Assembly: GCF_018350175.1 (NCBI RefSeq)
Contig: NC_058368.1
Coordinates: 81,222,001 to 81,286,000 of the forward strand
Length of the DNA stretch: 64,000 nucleotides
Reading direction: 5' to 3'
Source of the DNA: Felis catus
Lineage: Eukaryota
Positions 37,650 through 49,897 of the stretch are shown here, piece by piece (the stretch's first letter is position 1; the number at the start of each line of letters is the position of its first letter). A program made the position numbers and the translations under genes. The notes beneath the pieces were generated by a model. The model was not told the origin of the DNA. It was given only the letters and a program-made list of their open reading frames with translations, and did no database searches.

Positions 37650-37848
37650 ATGGGGCTCCGGGGCGGGGAAAAAGGGAGGGTCCTTGCTAAATGGGCACAG
37701 AGTTTCTACCTGGGGGATGGAAAGTTCTGGAAATGGTGGTGGTAATCGTGCAAGATTGGGCATGTAATTCATGCCACTGAATTATACACATAAAAACATT
37801 TAAGGTGGCGCATTTTTTATGTTGTATGTATTTTATTGTAACGAAAGG
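37650..37848 (+). mobile_element. Old L1 (L1MB-like) 3' terminus
   Basis: aatgggcacagagtttct...gatggaaagttctggaaatgg...atgccactgaattatacac...tatgttgtatgtatttt. Confidence 0.8.
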
Positions 37849-38265
37849 AAAAGGAAAGGAAGGGGGGGAGGTGTGCACCGTGAGCGCGAGCTACAGGTTA
37901 AGAAGTCCGTGACTCCTTACTTTGGCTGGTGGATTTGCCAATGACAGTGAATTTTAAGTTCCCATTAAGTGAGGTGTGTGTTCCTGCAAAGCTCAGTTTG
38001 ATCATTTCCTGCCAAATAAAGTATAAGAAACCGTAGCGAAGACATTCGCTCTTTCTCCCTCCCCAAAGGTCTCGCTCAGCCTTGGTAAGAATTGTGGGTG
38101 GCAACGTTCGTATCCAGAATTAAAATCGGCTGACTCTGTTCAAGGATTAATAATCCGGAGAGGGACTGAATGAATAAGGAATGAAGAGACATCCAAAAAA
38201 GTGACATCTTTTCCCCAATGGCACTGAGGAGAAGGTGGCCAAGAGCCTTGCTCTCCGCTGCCATC

Positions 38266-38555
38266 TTTTTTTTTTTTAGCTTTATTGAGGTATAATTGAC
38301 AAGATCGTAAGACATTTAAAATGTCCATCGTGCTGGCGATGTAGTATACATTGTGAAACGATCCCCCCCAACAGCCAGCTGTCACATCTGTGACCTCACT
38401 TCGTTACCTTTTTTGATAATGTGAGAATGTGCAAGTCCACAAATGTCAGTGATACATCGGTGTCATCCAGGAGTCACCATGTTTTACATACACAACCTGC
38501 CGTATTCATCGCGTCCTGAAAGTCTGTGCCCTTTGACCAACCTCTGCTACCCCCA
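38266..38555 (-). mobile_element. Old L1 (L1MA9-like) 3' terminus
   Basis: tttttagctttattgaggtataattgaca...atacattgtgaaa...agtcaccatgtt...tgaaagtctgtgccctttgaccaac. Confidence 0.8.
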
Positions 38556-38902
38556 CGGCCATGTTGAGTGGGGAGAACTGGAGGGGAGACAGGGTGAGGA
38601 AGGAGGGAGAGTGGGCGTGGCCCCCAAAGGCAGCAGAAGCCCAAGGAGACCTGTAAACCCACCTCACCTCAACCCGCACACCCCAGCCTCCCCATTCCTT
38701 CAGCAGACAATCGGACACAGCTCCACAGAGCGCTCGCGTTGCCCCAGCGCCGTCTTGGTGCTGTTGGCAAGTGCTGCTGGTGTTTGTGATTTAACTAAAT
38801 ATTGTTTGAGCTGATGAAGTACGAGTGCAAAAAATATATAAAGACTTGGTTTTTCTATGAAAACAAAATAGAGTATTTTGGAAAGACTACGTAAGAGCAA
38901 GC

Positions 38903-39112
38903 TTTTTTTTTTTTTTAATTTTATTTATTTTGAGAGAGAGAGACAGAGTGTGAGCAGCAGAGAGAGAGGGAGACACAGAATCCGAAGCAGACTCCAGGCT
39001 CCGAGCTGTCAGGACAGAGCCGGACGCTGGGCTAGAACCCATGAACCAAGAGATCATGACGGGAGCCCAAATCAAGAGTTGGACACTTAACCGACGGAGC
39101 CACCCAGATGCC
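38903..39112 (-). mobile_element. Can-SINE (SINEC_Fc-type)
   Basis: T tail, GA tract, gagacacagaatccgaagcag, ends gagccacccagatgcc. Confidence 0.95.
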
Positions 39113-40518
39113 TATTTTTAAAAATACAGACTCACCCATGGGCAAGACCAGAGTCAGCTGCTAGGGAAAATCGTGGAAACCTAGGATCCTACATTCAGAA
39201 TGCTGCACACACGAGTGGTTTTGATTGTTTCAGTGTGAAGAAACGTGGAAGGTGCACTATGGGTAGAAGTTGCGTGGGAAACAGGACTCTGAAGCCACGG
39301 CGCAGCCCTGGCCCTGCGTTGAAACACGTGTCTGCCGTCTGTTCCAGGCTCCAGGCACAGACCGACCTGTGTCCAGACTCCCCTACTCTAAGGCTCACGC
39401 GCCAGCCTTGAGAGCCTCCTCGCGGGGAGTCAGGAGGAGGACACAGGGTGGCCACGCTGGGGCCCCGCCTGCACTTCCAAATGCAGGGAATTCTCCAGTG
39501 TTCTGCGCAGGTTCCTGGAGATTGTAGTTGGGGTGGAACCAGCATGTCCCAGTGAATAAAGGTCAAGCAGAAGCACACCAGCAGGTGCAGTGGGTGTGGT
39601 CTGGGGATGGACACAAGGCAGGGACCAGCATGGAAGGGTGGAATGGGGAGAAGCATACAGAGCCGGCAGCTGGGGACCCTCCACCACTCTCCAAGGAAGG
39701 CTTAGGTATTCATCTGGAAAAGTCTCATTCAACCCATTTACCCATCACATGGACCCCTGTTCTCAGAAGTGAGGCTGCCCGGGGAAGCAGGTGCGTGCTG
39801 CAGGGCAGGTGGGAGGGGCTGGCCTGGGTCTTGGCCCTGAGCTGCCCACTGGGGCAGCGTCCTAGAGCACTGGTCCTCCCCTGCAGAGCACAAGGCCTGA
39901 ATCTGACCTCTGCATGGCCCTTCCCACACCGGAGTCTGGTGCTCTGCGGCCTCATAGACCTCCTTCCTGGCCAGAGAAGAAATGAAAGTCAGAGTGTTTC
40001 TGCCCCTCAGTGGGCCTCCACCTCTGTTGCCGGGACCAGATTATTCTCTTAAGTCTCTCTGTCTTCTCTGTGTATTTCAGCCACTGGGAAGACAGGACAC
40101 AACCACAGCTTTGTTCCAGGAGTAGCGTGAGGGTTTAATAGCAGCACTGAGCAGCACACATGCTTCGTACAGACTTCCACAATACATGTGACATATGACA
40201 CGCACACACGCATGTGCACGCACGCGCACTATCTCTGACACAGCCACCCAGCACAGTTGAGCCACTCGGCCCTCAACCTGCCACGGCGCTGTCGCCCGGC
40301 GATTCCTGCTGTCACGCGACGTAACTGACGAGGAAGAAACAGGTCTCCAAACTACGTCTTTGTATTCAGATGCACCGTGAGCTTACTGAGCCCTTTACCT
40401 CTAATCTAACTCAGCCAAGCTAACCTGTTATCCACACAGCACAGGTTTTCTTCTCTGTTTTGACCAAACACAAAAGGTTTGAAAACAGAAAAAAATAAGT
40501 AAGGTGGGTGAGACCAGG

Positions 40519-40913
40519 TGTTAGTTTCCTGGGGCGACAGTGGCAAAGCAGCACGGACCGGGCGCCCCAGACAACTGATGGTCTCACCGCCTGGCTGCTG
40601 ACACCCGAGACCGACCCACAGGGCTGGGTCCTCCTGTGGCCGCCAGGGAGGATGTGTGCCAGGCTCCCCCGGCAGCCTTGGCCTTCCTTGGCTCATGGAA
40701 GCATCGTTCCAACCTCTGTTGTCCCACGGTCACCTTCCCCTGTGTCTGTCTCTGTGTCTCTTCAAGGACACAGGTCAGAGTGGATTAAGGCCCTCCTCCA
40801 GCATGAACTCATCTTAATGGATCACATCTGCCAAGACCTTCTGTCCAAACAAGGTCCCGTTCCAAGGTAGGGCTTCAACACGTGCATCGTGGAGACACAA
40901 TTCAACTCATGAA
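40519..40913 (-). mobile_element. MaLR LTR (MLT1-like)
   Basis: gttagtttcctgggg...aaggacac...ggattaaggccc...ctcatcttaat...catctgccaagacc...acacaattcaactcat. Confidence 0.8.
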
Positions 40914-43619
40914 AAGGGCAGAAAACATTTTGCTCAGAAATGGTGGGAGTCATGAAGTGTGCCAGGAGAAATCACCATGATTCCCGTTCCGCGGCGTCTT
41001 CTGAACAGGCCCAACCAGACCAGACGGAGCCCACGGCTCGTCCTAAACCCTGGTGACGGCGGCTGGCGGTCCACCCTTCCATTTTCACCACAAAACCACG
41101 TGGTGGTTTACCGCGACTTTCCCTGAAATAAATTGGCAATCTCACTGCATTTCTAAGAGCATCTGTGTCATGGGTGACATCAGGAGAAAAGGCAGATTGG
41201 AGAGACGTAGAGACTAGACATCAGGAACCACACAGATCGCCCGGAGAGCGGGCAGAGCCTCACAAGCAGGTTGGAGACTTGGAAGTTCCCACGTAGTGTG
41301 GACTCTGGGGCTGAAGCTGTCCAGCCTGTGGGCCCTCCCTCCAGGGCAGCAACGGGGTGGGCCCTGAGCCAGGCCCACTAAGCCGGACGCTGCAGGGTGG
41401 AGGCCCCAGCACGCTGTGAGGGCTGGCGGGCAGCCAGGGGGAGGTGGCTGTCTCGGGCAGGTCACCATCGACATTTGGCTCTAGGCGGTAGGATTCAGGA
41501 GCTGTAAGTGAATGGTCTGCCTCTCACCGAAGGGTCAGCCTGCCCTCTGGCAACGGCCATAGACCAGGGCCCACCTCATACCCCGAGATCGCAAAGCCCT
41601 CACCCCAGCCTTACCGCCCTTCAGGGGAACCCCGTTATCCAAATTTTTCCCAGCAACATTTCCCGGTCAGAACTCAGCCTCACCTCCGTCTGCCTCCGCA
41701 GGGGCTGTGCCCCTGACACAGAGATGAGCCTAGAGGTGTTCACTCACCCTACCCTATCTCCTGAGAGGCTTCTCTGCCATGTCCTCGATCCCAGACTCAT
41801 CCTGGTGCTGTTCAGCACACAGAAAGTCACAGCCCCATGGGAAGGGCTGGAAAGATGTATTTTTCAAAAGCACCTTTGTTATTTGTGACAGTCTAACGAG
41901 GTTGGGAAATACGTCTTCTGTCCTCCGGCTCCTGCCACGGCTCACCAATGCAGGTGTTCCTGGTACCTCCAGTTACTGATGAGGACCCAGCCCAGAGGAG
42001 TGATGCGCCCACAGTCACACAGCTCGGGGGCTTGGGAGGCCACTTCAGACACCACTGCATCCGTGACAGACACACTGCCAGGGTGACAGGAACCGATATT
42101 TGGGGGGTTGGGCAGCTCAGGGTCTCTGGAAACCTTGTGATTCACACTCATAAGCACATGTATCCTTCACCTTTAGCCTTGGTGAAACACTATACTTCTC
42201 AGAAGCTATCTCCCCGAAGAAAGCTCTGCAAGTGTGCCGGACCACAAAGGGTGGATGAGCTTAAACAACCCAGTGGGTGGGGACAAAGGGAGCGCTGCAT
42301 TCTGGGAAACTCCCACCCTGCCACCCCCAGGGTCACTGGGCTGCGTTATTAACTCCAAGGCAGATAGCATCGCAGTGGCTTTCAGAATAGCCGGTGCGCT
42401 AAAATTTTGTTTAAAAGGAAATTGTATCATTAGGTGCTAAGTACGTGTTTGCCACTAAATAAAAATAATTTTGATCTCTGGCCTTGTTTTGCAGGCAAAA
42501 CTGTATAAGCAGGAAACAAGGATAGTCAGTTTTCCTGGAACTAGGGGGAGAAATGACAGTGTAATCATCGCTATATGTTTGTTTGATATAGATTCGAAGG
42601 TAGAATCATAACAGAAGTAATTAGAGTAATTATTGAAGTTAGCATTTAAGCCAAAAGCCCCAGGGAATATTACACGTTTGTTCATCTGAGCCCAGCCTGC
42701 TTCCTGTTAAAGCTACGGCCAAGACAAAATCCTCCGCTGGTCTGTTCTTTGGTGAGCACCCGTTTGGAATACGTCCCCACCTCAGGGCCACGGCTCCCTG
42801 CGATGTCCTTTGTAGGCTACTTGACGATATCATCCAAGGAAGCGGAAAGTAACGAGAGAGAGCATTAATCCTTCTAGGATTGCCATCCCATGCGTGATGA
42901 CCATGTGTTTTCCAGAATCGTGCCCCAAGGCGAGAAGGTTGCAGGCCGCGCATTCTGGACGCAAGAGCCCAGAGCCTGTTTGTCCTTTCAGATCTGTAGG
43001 GACCCAAGTCCTTCCCGCCAGAGTAACTAAGTGTGAGCCAAGGTGTGGGAATTTTATAATCCGCTTCCAGACCTAAATTCATTTCTGGGTGCCCCTGTCC
43101 TGAAAATAACTGGTCGGAAAAATACCAAGTGCCACGGCAGACTTCGATTTATTCTTGGCTCGTTGGGTTTTAATCATTTTACTTAAACCTATGGACTTCA
43201 GTAACAAGGGTAATTGTAATCCTCACCTGGGGTCAGAAAGGATAATGGAGTTACCCGTGAACGGTCTGTACAAATTAGAGTGCACCATCTCAAGTCAGGC
43301 GCGCACATCCTGACTTGCACCCACGTTACCACTCTGCGATGAAGCTGGGGGCGTGATCTCTAATTATGTGCTTATTTACATAGGACAGAAAGTGACTCAA
43401 TCGAAAATGAGAGGGGGTCACTTGGGGGTTCAAATAACCCATCCATTAATTAAACCACCTGTCTCTATAATCCATATGTGAACACCACCCATATAGGATT
43501 TAGGATGTAATCAAAGAGGGAGATACAAATGTATGTGTGTGTGCAGAGCAGTTTGTGGGACAGGAGAGACTCAGTGCACGTTGTGTGAGCTCTCTGCCGT
43601 GTCCGTGTCCTGGTCCCGT

Positions 43620-43775
43620 GACCCCAGGCACGTTGTGTGAGCTCTCTGTGCCTCATTTGTCTCCTCTGTAAAATGGGGGTGAAACCCTGTGTCCTGGGGT
43701 GGCTGTGAGGACCAGACGAGATGATGCGTATGACACAGTGCAGGGCTGGCATGCAGTGGGCACTGGGCGCATGCT
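43620..43775 (+). mobile_element. MIR relic
   Basis: ctctctgtgcctcatttgtctcctctgtaaaatggggg...ctgtgaggacc...gagatgatgc...ctggcatgcagt. Confidence 0.7.
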
Positions 43776-43891
43776 GGTCATGGCCTCGATGGCAGATCCT
43801 GTGCCGGTGACCAGCCAGTCCTGTCCCAGAGGAAAGTGAAGCATCTGTCCGATGGGAGTCATTCTCTTTTTCTCTTACAAGAAGGAGAGTT

Positions 43892-44100
43892 GGGGCACGT
43901 GGGTGGTGCAGTCATTTGAGCGTCGACTCTTGCAGCTCAGGTCCTGATCCCAGGGTCGTGGGATGGGGCCCCGTGTCGGGCTCTGAGATGAGCGTGAAGT
44001 CTGCTTGAGATTCTTTCTCTCCTCTCTCTGCCCCTCCCCCATGCGCACATGTGTACTCTCTCTCACTCTCTCTCTCTCTCTAAAATTAAAAAAAACAAAA
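43892..44100 (+). mobile_element. Can-SINE, older subfamily
   Basis: ggggcacgtgggtggtgcagtc head, ctcaggtcctgatcccagggtcgtgggat, CT tract, A tail. Confidence 0.93.
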
Positions 44101-45147
44101 GGAAGCTCCAGCGATTGAACTACCAAGAAAGTTTGAAAGAATTCGATTATTTTTTCCAACTGTGGATCACAGCCCTGTCCTCACCTGTGGTGACAGTTCA
44201 TTCCCGCTCCCCAAGCCATAACTTCACTGGGAACCTCCTGCTTCCTAGACCCGGTCTCCTCAATGGCTCTCTGCAGACTGGCCGGCCCGCCCCCCTGCCC
44301 GCCCTCCTTGTGCTGATTCCCACAGCCACCTTTTGGTCCCAGAAAGAGTCACAGGACTGGGAACAGTTGGCTGGGACAAAACCCATTGGTCACATAAAGA
44401 GTTTGGTATACAGATGGTCACTGAGCCTTATTGTGGAAGAATTTTAAAATAACTACTAATTAACATCAAAGCAACTTTCAAAGAACATGACTCAGGTTTT
44501 CTGGCTGTTTGGCATTCAGATGATCAAGGTTGGTGACCCCTTACACACCTGTTCCACATGTTCTCGGTGTGAGTCTTTCAAATAAAAGGCAAGCTCAGAC
44601 CCTAACTGCACTCGTGTCCCAGGCAAGCAGGGGCCCCTCCCCGTCAAAAGGTGTCCTTTCCTTCACACCCAAACCATAGCAAACGACACACACATCTTTG
44701 TCCAGAGCCCCGAATTCACTGAACTTGTACCCACGTGACATCGTTAACAGACTGGACTCTGGCAGGTGCTGAGAGCAAACAAAGGTGGCTGTTCACACGG
44801 AAGAACTTTGGGTGTCAGAGTTACTGTGTCCCAGGCACCCCATTCCTGCAGCAAGCGCTTGGCGACCGTGGGCGCTCAGAGAGGTCACCTCTGCAGCTGA
44901 CCGTCACATCCAGCCGCTGAAGCCCTTCTCACCTTCATCACCTATAAAAACCCCTGAATGGTAACAAATGGTAGACATAATGTGTGGAAAGCGATACCTG
45001 CATTGAAGTGACGTGATTGCGGTCACCTTCACCAGCATGTGCACAGTGCTGGTGGCAGTGAGGACCCCCAGGTGCATCCGTGTGGTCGTAAGCATTCTCT
45101 GCAGTGTTTTCAACATGGCGAACCTGGAGAATTCTGAGAGGCCAAAG

Positions 45148-45505
45148 CAGACAGCTCCATCCAGGAGCACGCTATCTTGGGTGGGGAGTGGGGAGGACAG
45201 AGCTCCAGCCGGGAGCACGCTGTCTGGGGGGAGGGGGGAGATCAGAGCTCTAGCTGGGCGCACGGTGTCTGGGGAGGTGGAGAGACAGAGCTCTAGCCGG
45301 GAGCATGATGTCTTGGGGGAGGGGGGGAGGACAGAGCTCCAGCCAGGAGCACGGTGTCTGGGGGGAAGGGGGAGGACAGAGCTCCAGCCGGAAGCACGGT
45401 GTCTCGGGGGGAGGGGGGAGGACAGAGCTCCAGCCGGGAGCACGGTGTCTGGGGGTTGGCGGGACAGAGCTCCAGCTGGGAGCACCGTGTCTGAGAGGAG
45501 GGAGG
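45148..45505. repeat. G-rich minisatellite, ~45-bp unit, about 8 copies
   Basis: Core acagagctccagccgggagcacggtgtct plus G tract, starting near 45151, 45197, 45242, 45285, 45331, 45376, 45422, 45464. Confidence 0.95.
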
Positions 45506-47477
45506 GAGGTTCCTTGGTGGAGTCAGCTGGGAGTCTGAGTGGCAGAACCACCTAAAAGAACACGCATCCTGTGGCTTTGGATGTCGTGTGCCTGAAGGTT
45601 CGTGGGTCCAGGTGGAGAGACTATGTCTGGGATGTCCTTCATACGTCTGCAAGACTTTCAACCTAAAGGGACAGATCAGTCAGCAAAGGCGGACGCGTCC
45701 CCCGACGTGGTGAATACAAGACCAAAACCAAGAAAACAGTTGCTGCCCTGAAGAAAACAATGACTGGGTGGGGGCAGGGAGACATGCACATACTTTTTAA
45801 AACCAAGCATGTGAGATAGGGCCACGTGGGGACCACGTGGCTGTGAGCCAGCAACCAGAGATTGGAGGATGCGATCCCCACTCTGGCCGCACAAGGCTCC
45901 CGGGTCTGCAAAGACGGTCGGTCCTGTTTGTGTGGGAAGGTCAGCAGTTGTGCAGCCGTGGGACCTCAATGACCACCTCCTGTGCCCGTGAGTCCTCGTG
46001 GGTCGTTCCAGATGTGCTCGGAGGCTTTGTCCAAGGAATTACTCTGGGAAGAGGCCCAACGGAAATACACTAATGGTCAATAAGCCTTACACCCTTTGCC
46101 AGAGTGACGTCACCACAAGTTGAGACACCACTTCAGTCTCTCTGAAGTTTCACTGACTTTAAACTCCCCGATTAAAGCAGTCGAGTGATCTGTTTAGCTA
46201 ACGGCAGCTGGGGGTTACAGGACTCTTTAAAGTGAGGCGTGCAGGGTGGTGGACGCTGGGACATTTCCTACGTCAGCCCCAGGCCGCCAGACGTGGAAAG
46301 CAGTGAAGCTCCCCGAGCCCCCGGCGTGGCTCTGACACGGCCCCGCAGCTCACCCCTTTCTTCCGGAGCTGCTGACGCTGCCCAGAGCGGCTGAAGAACA
46401 CACAGGATGATCCCTCTTCAACGTGCTCCATGCATCTCAAGGACTTTTTGGTAAAAGGCATACTTCAAAAATGCAAAAATATAAACTTAATCAGTCACCC
46501 AAGCCTCAGTAAAGGCTGTGCTAACGAGAAGGGAGAGCCCACGGGCTCCCACCCCCTGCCAGCCACCCTTCGCAAACTGGGGAGGGGGGCGTGCGGAGGG
46601 CGGGCGCCCCGGTCCCTTGAGGAGATCTGCATCCCTGCCCAGCAATCTGGTCCAGTCTCCTGGTGGCAGGAAAGCAGCTGCCGGTTTCCCAGAGGGTCCT
46701 GAACACACCGCCTCTGTTCCAGAAGCTCTTAGAACTATCTGCCTGTGTTCTGGAGGCCCGGCCAGAGTCCACCACCCGGCTCAGGCTGACGCTTTCACCC
46801 CTCAGTGAGCGACCCCCTGTCCCCTTCCACGGGCCCTCTGACCTGAGAATGAGATTTCTGTCCACCTGGCAGAGACCAGCCAAGCGAGGAGATGGTGATG
46901 TCCAGGGGCACAGTGGATGTCCAGTGCCCATGCTGGCGCATGGCATTGAGCAGCCAGCGTTGGATGAAGTCCCGGGTGCTGGACTAAATGGGCCAGTGGG
47001 CATCCAGAAATGTGAACAAAACAGTCACAGGTCAGAAACGTGGCAGAGGAATGGCATGGGGGTGGGGGGGGGAGGGGGACAGCTCATCTCTCGTGGGTCG
47101 TGGCCCGTGGGAAATGTATTCCTCTACTTCCTGTCCGTAGGCCGTCCTGCAGGCTGCTGAGCATCCACAAACGTCGTCCACACGAGAGTTCTTTCTCTCC
47201 CTGTCCACGTGATGCTCACGTCTCATCCGCTGAAGACACCCCGCGATCGGTGAGGGAGGGCACGGCTCCCACTGCGCCATAATATTCCTACACGGGGGTC
47301 AGCCCGTCGAGACTTCCTACACAAGTCTGTGCTGGGGCGGCCCCTGCCCCCACCATCCACCCTACACACCTGCAGGGTCTCTGCCTCGTCCATCACCTGC
47401 CAGTGGCCCCAGGGCTGCCTGCCCCGGTCCTTCGTGCATGTCCCTGCGTTCACTGTCAGCCCTTCTCCCCTTCATAC

Positions 47478-47760
47478 TACAGTGTCATAGACTACATTCC
47501 CTGTGCCGTCGTCTTCACTCCCATGACTCAGTTATTTTGTAACTAGAAGTTTGTGCCTCTTAATCCCCTCACCTATGCCACCCATCCCCTACCCCCACCA
47601 CCACCCCCACTGGTGGCCACCAGAATGTTCTCTGTATCTTTGAGTCTGTTTCTGTTCTGTTTGTTTTCTTTGGTTCCACATGTGAGTGGAATCATGCGGT
47701 CTTGTCTCTCTCTGGCTGACGAACCTCACTTAGCGAGGTGCCCTCCAGGAGCCTCCATTT
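47478..47760 (-). mobile_element. Old/carnivore L1 3' UTR fragment
   Basis: ttattttgtaactagaagtttgtgcctcttaatcccc...ttccacatgtgagtggaatcatgcgg...cacttagc. Confidence 0.75.
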
Positions 47761-48089
47761 TGGTGTCAGTTCCTTCAGCAAATGTCTGGGCGTGGAGTCC
47801 GGGTCTCTCTCACGCCCCACACAAGCTGGCCCGTCCCCAGTGCGCCTCGGCCCCCAACCACCGACGCTGCCGGTGCCCTCCTCTTCCCGCCTCCTCCCCC
47901 TGTGCCTTCAGGTGGGCGCCCCAAGACCGGGGGCCCAGCGCCCAAGAGCCCCGCTCCCCTGGGTCGTTGACCCACAGCCACTGACTGTCCCTCCTCGGGC
48001 CTGTGCACGCGGGGAGGAGGGGCTGCCTCACGGTTGGTGTTGGGTCCACGTCTCACCCACGGAAGCGCCCCGGGGGGCGTCACAGCCAA

Positions 48090-48395
48090 ACAGCCTGGAG
48101 GCCTGGAGCCTGAGGTGAGGCAGGGTTGGCTCCTTCTGAGGCCGTGAGGGACAGTCTGCACCAGCCTCCCTCCCCGGAGTGTAGACGGCCGTCTTCTCCC
48201 CATGTCTCCACGTCAGCTTTCCTCAGCGCGTCAACCTGTGTCCCAATTTCCCCTCTTTGTAAGGACGCCCGTCACACTGGATGAGGGCTATTTCCACCTA
48301 CCACAACCCTGTCCTCTGATAAGGTCACAGTCTGAGGCACTGGGGGTGAGGACGTGGGCATAGGAATTTGGGGTGCGTGCATTCAGCCCACAGCA
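48090..48395 (-). mobile_element. MaLR LTR (MLT1-like)
   Basis: gcagggttggctccttctgaggcc...gtcccaatttcccctctttgtaaggac...taaggtcacagtctgagg...attcagcccacagca. Confidence 0.8.
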
Positions 48396-48937
48396 GCACC
48401 TCCGTCCCGGATTCAGGAACAACATTCCCAGGGGTGTGCGGGCCACTTCCCCATGAATGTTCCCCATCAGGTAAACACACCACGACTGCCCCAGCCACTG
48501 TCCCCTCGAGTCTGACCTCTTTCCTGCTCCAGTGTCATCAGTGATCTCTGCCACTTTTCCTCTTCTAAACCCGCCCCTTCCCCATTCCCTGACTGAAGTT
48601 CTGTCTTTCTATCTTGACCTTTGGAAATCAACCCTGCCTCCTCCAAGAAGCCTGCGGGACTGCCCCTGGGAAGTGCCTTTCTCTCCGGAAATCCCTGTAT
48701 CCTTTGGTGTCATCCCTTTTGCCTGAGGAGTACTTGCTCTCCCGGGAAGCTGTGTCTTCTCCCCTGAGGCTGGGCAGCGTCCAGCATGGCCCATCTCGAG
48801 TGTCCTGCACTCAGGACACTGGTTCTCAGTACCACTTGCTGATGGAGATAACGGTGAGACAAAATGCGGTATCAGAGGAGTGAGACACATCCGACCTCCC
48901 GCGCCCCGGGAGAGACGTGTGTGTCTCACATATGTGG

Positions 48938-49735
48938 TGTCAGTGTTCCCATAATGCTGGCTGTGAAATAGACCATTGGTTCTATTGAAACTGATATATT
49001 GAGGATCGCGTAAACTTGGTGTTTACTTGTGGATGATTTCCTCTGCAGAGAACATTTGAGGGTCCCCCAAACCCACATCCGGCTGAAGAGAGCCTTATGT
49101 GAATACACATGCACACATGTGCACACGCCCCGACCCCACCTGCCCCCTTGCCCGCCACGTGTGTTGTGGGACCCCAGCCCCATCTGGAGTCACAACCCAC
49201 ACTCTGACTCAGATAATCCCCTTCTGCCTCTTTATGACACCTAAGCCCTCAGCACCCGCCTCCACCAGCAGGCCAGGATTTTTTAAAGACGCGTCCTATG
49301 TTAATTGTAGGATTCATGCATTTCTTAATCATTTAACGTGTGAAGAACTATGTTAACATTTTATTACGTTCCCATCTTTTTTTAAAAATGTGTCACTGGT
49401 GACATTTTTGAGCATTATATCCCTAACCGTTTTTTCCCCCCGTGAAGTTCTGTGGTTTTCATTGCACGATTTTGCATTGCACTATGATATTTAAGAACAC
49501 GAATGTTGGGGCACCTGGGTGGCTCGGTCAGTTGAGGTTCTGATTCCTGAGTCTGGCACAGATCATAATGTGACAGTTTGTGGGTTCGAGCCCCGTGTCG
49601 GGCTCTATACTGACAGAGCAGAGACTGCTTGGGATTCTCTCTGTCCCTCTCTCTACCCCACCCCTGCTCCTTGCTCTGTCAAAATAAACATCAATAAACT
49701 TTTTTAAAAGAACACATGTGTCACATTATAGCATT
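48938..49735 (+). mobile_element. Tigger13a-like Tc1/mariner relic, split by a SINE
   Basis: tgatatattgagg...atttcttaatcatttaacgtgtg...aatgtgtcactg...ctgtggttttcattgcacgattttgcat...[SINE]...gtcacattatagca follows the recalled Tigger13a consensus. Confidence 0.65.
49508..49707 (+). mobile_element. Can-SINE, older subfamily, inside the Tigger relic
   Basis: ggggcacctgggtggctcggtc head; degenerate TSD aagaacac on both sides. Confidence 0.93.
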
Positions 49736-49897
49736 TGGAGTAAGCCATATCCAGGCTTACATCCTGTGCAACACCACTGGAGAATGAGGATACAGGTGCC
49801 TGAAGTCAGGGGACATAGTGAGTCCAGTAGATTGTAGTCTCGTTCTAGATCCTCTGGGTTCATAGGATGGAATTCAGTACAGCCTGTGTTGTCTTAA

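Noticed and set aside
45148..45505. CRISPR-like periodicity
   Set aside because: No unique spacers, no cas genes, mammalian DNA; this is a minisatellite.
44904..45555. 215-aa and 180-aa ORFs with peptide repeats
   Set aside because: They are translations of the minisatellite on both strands.
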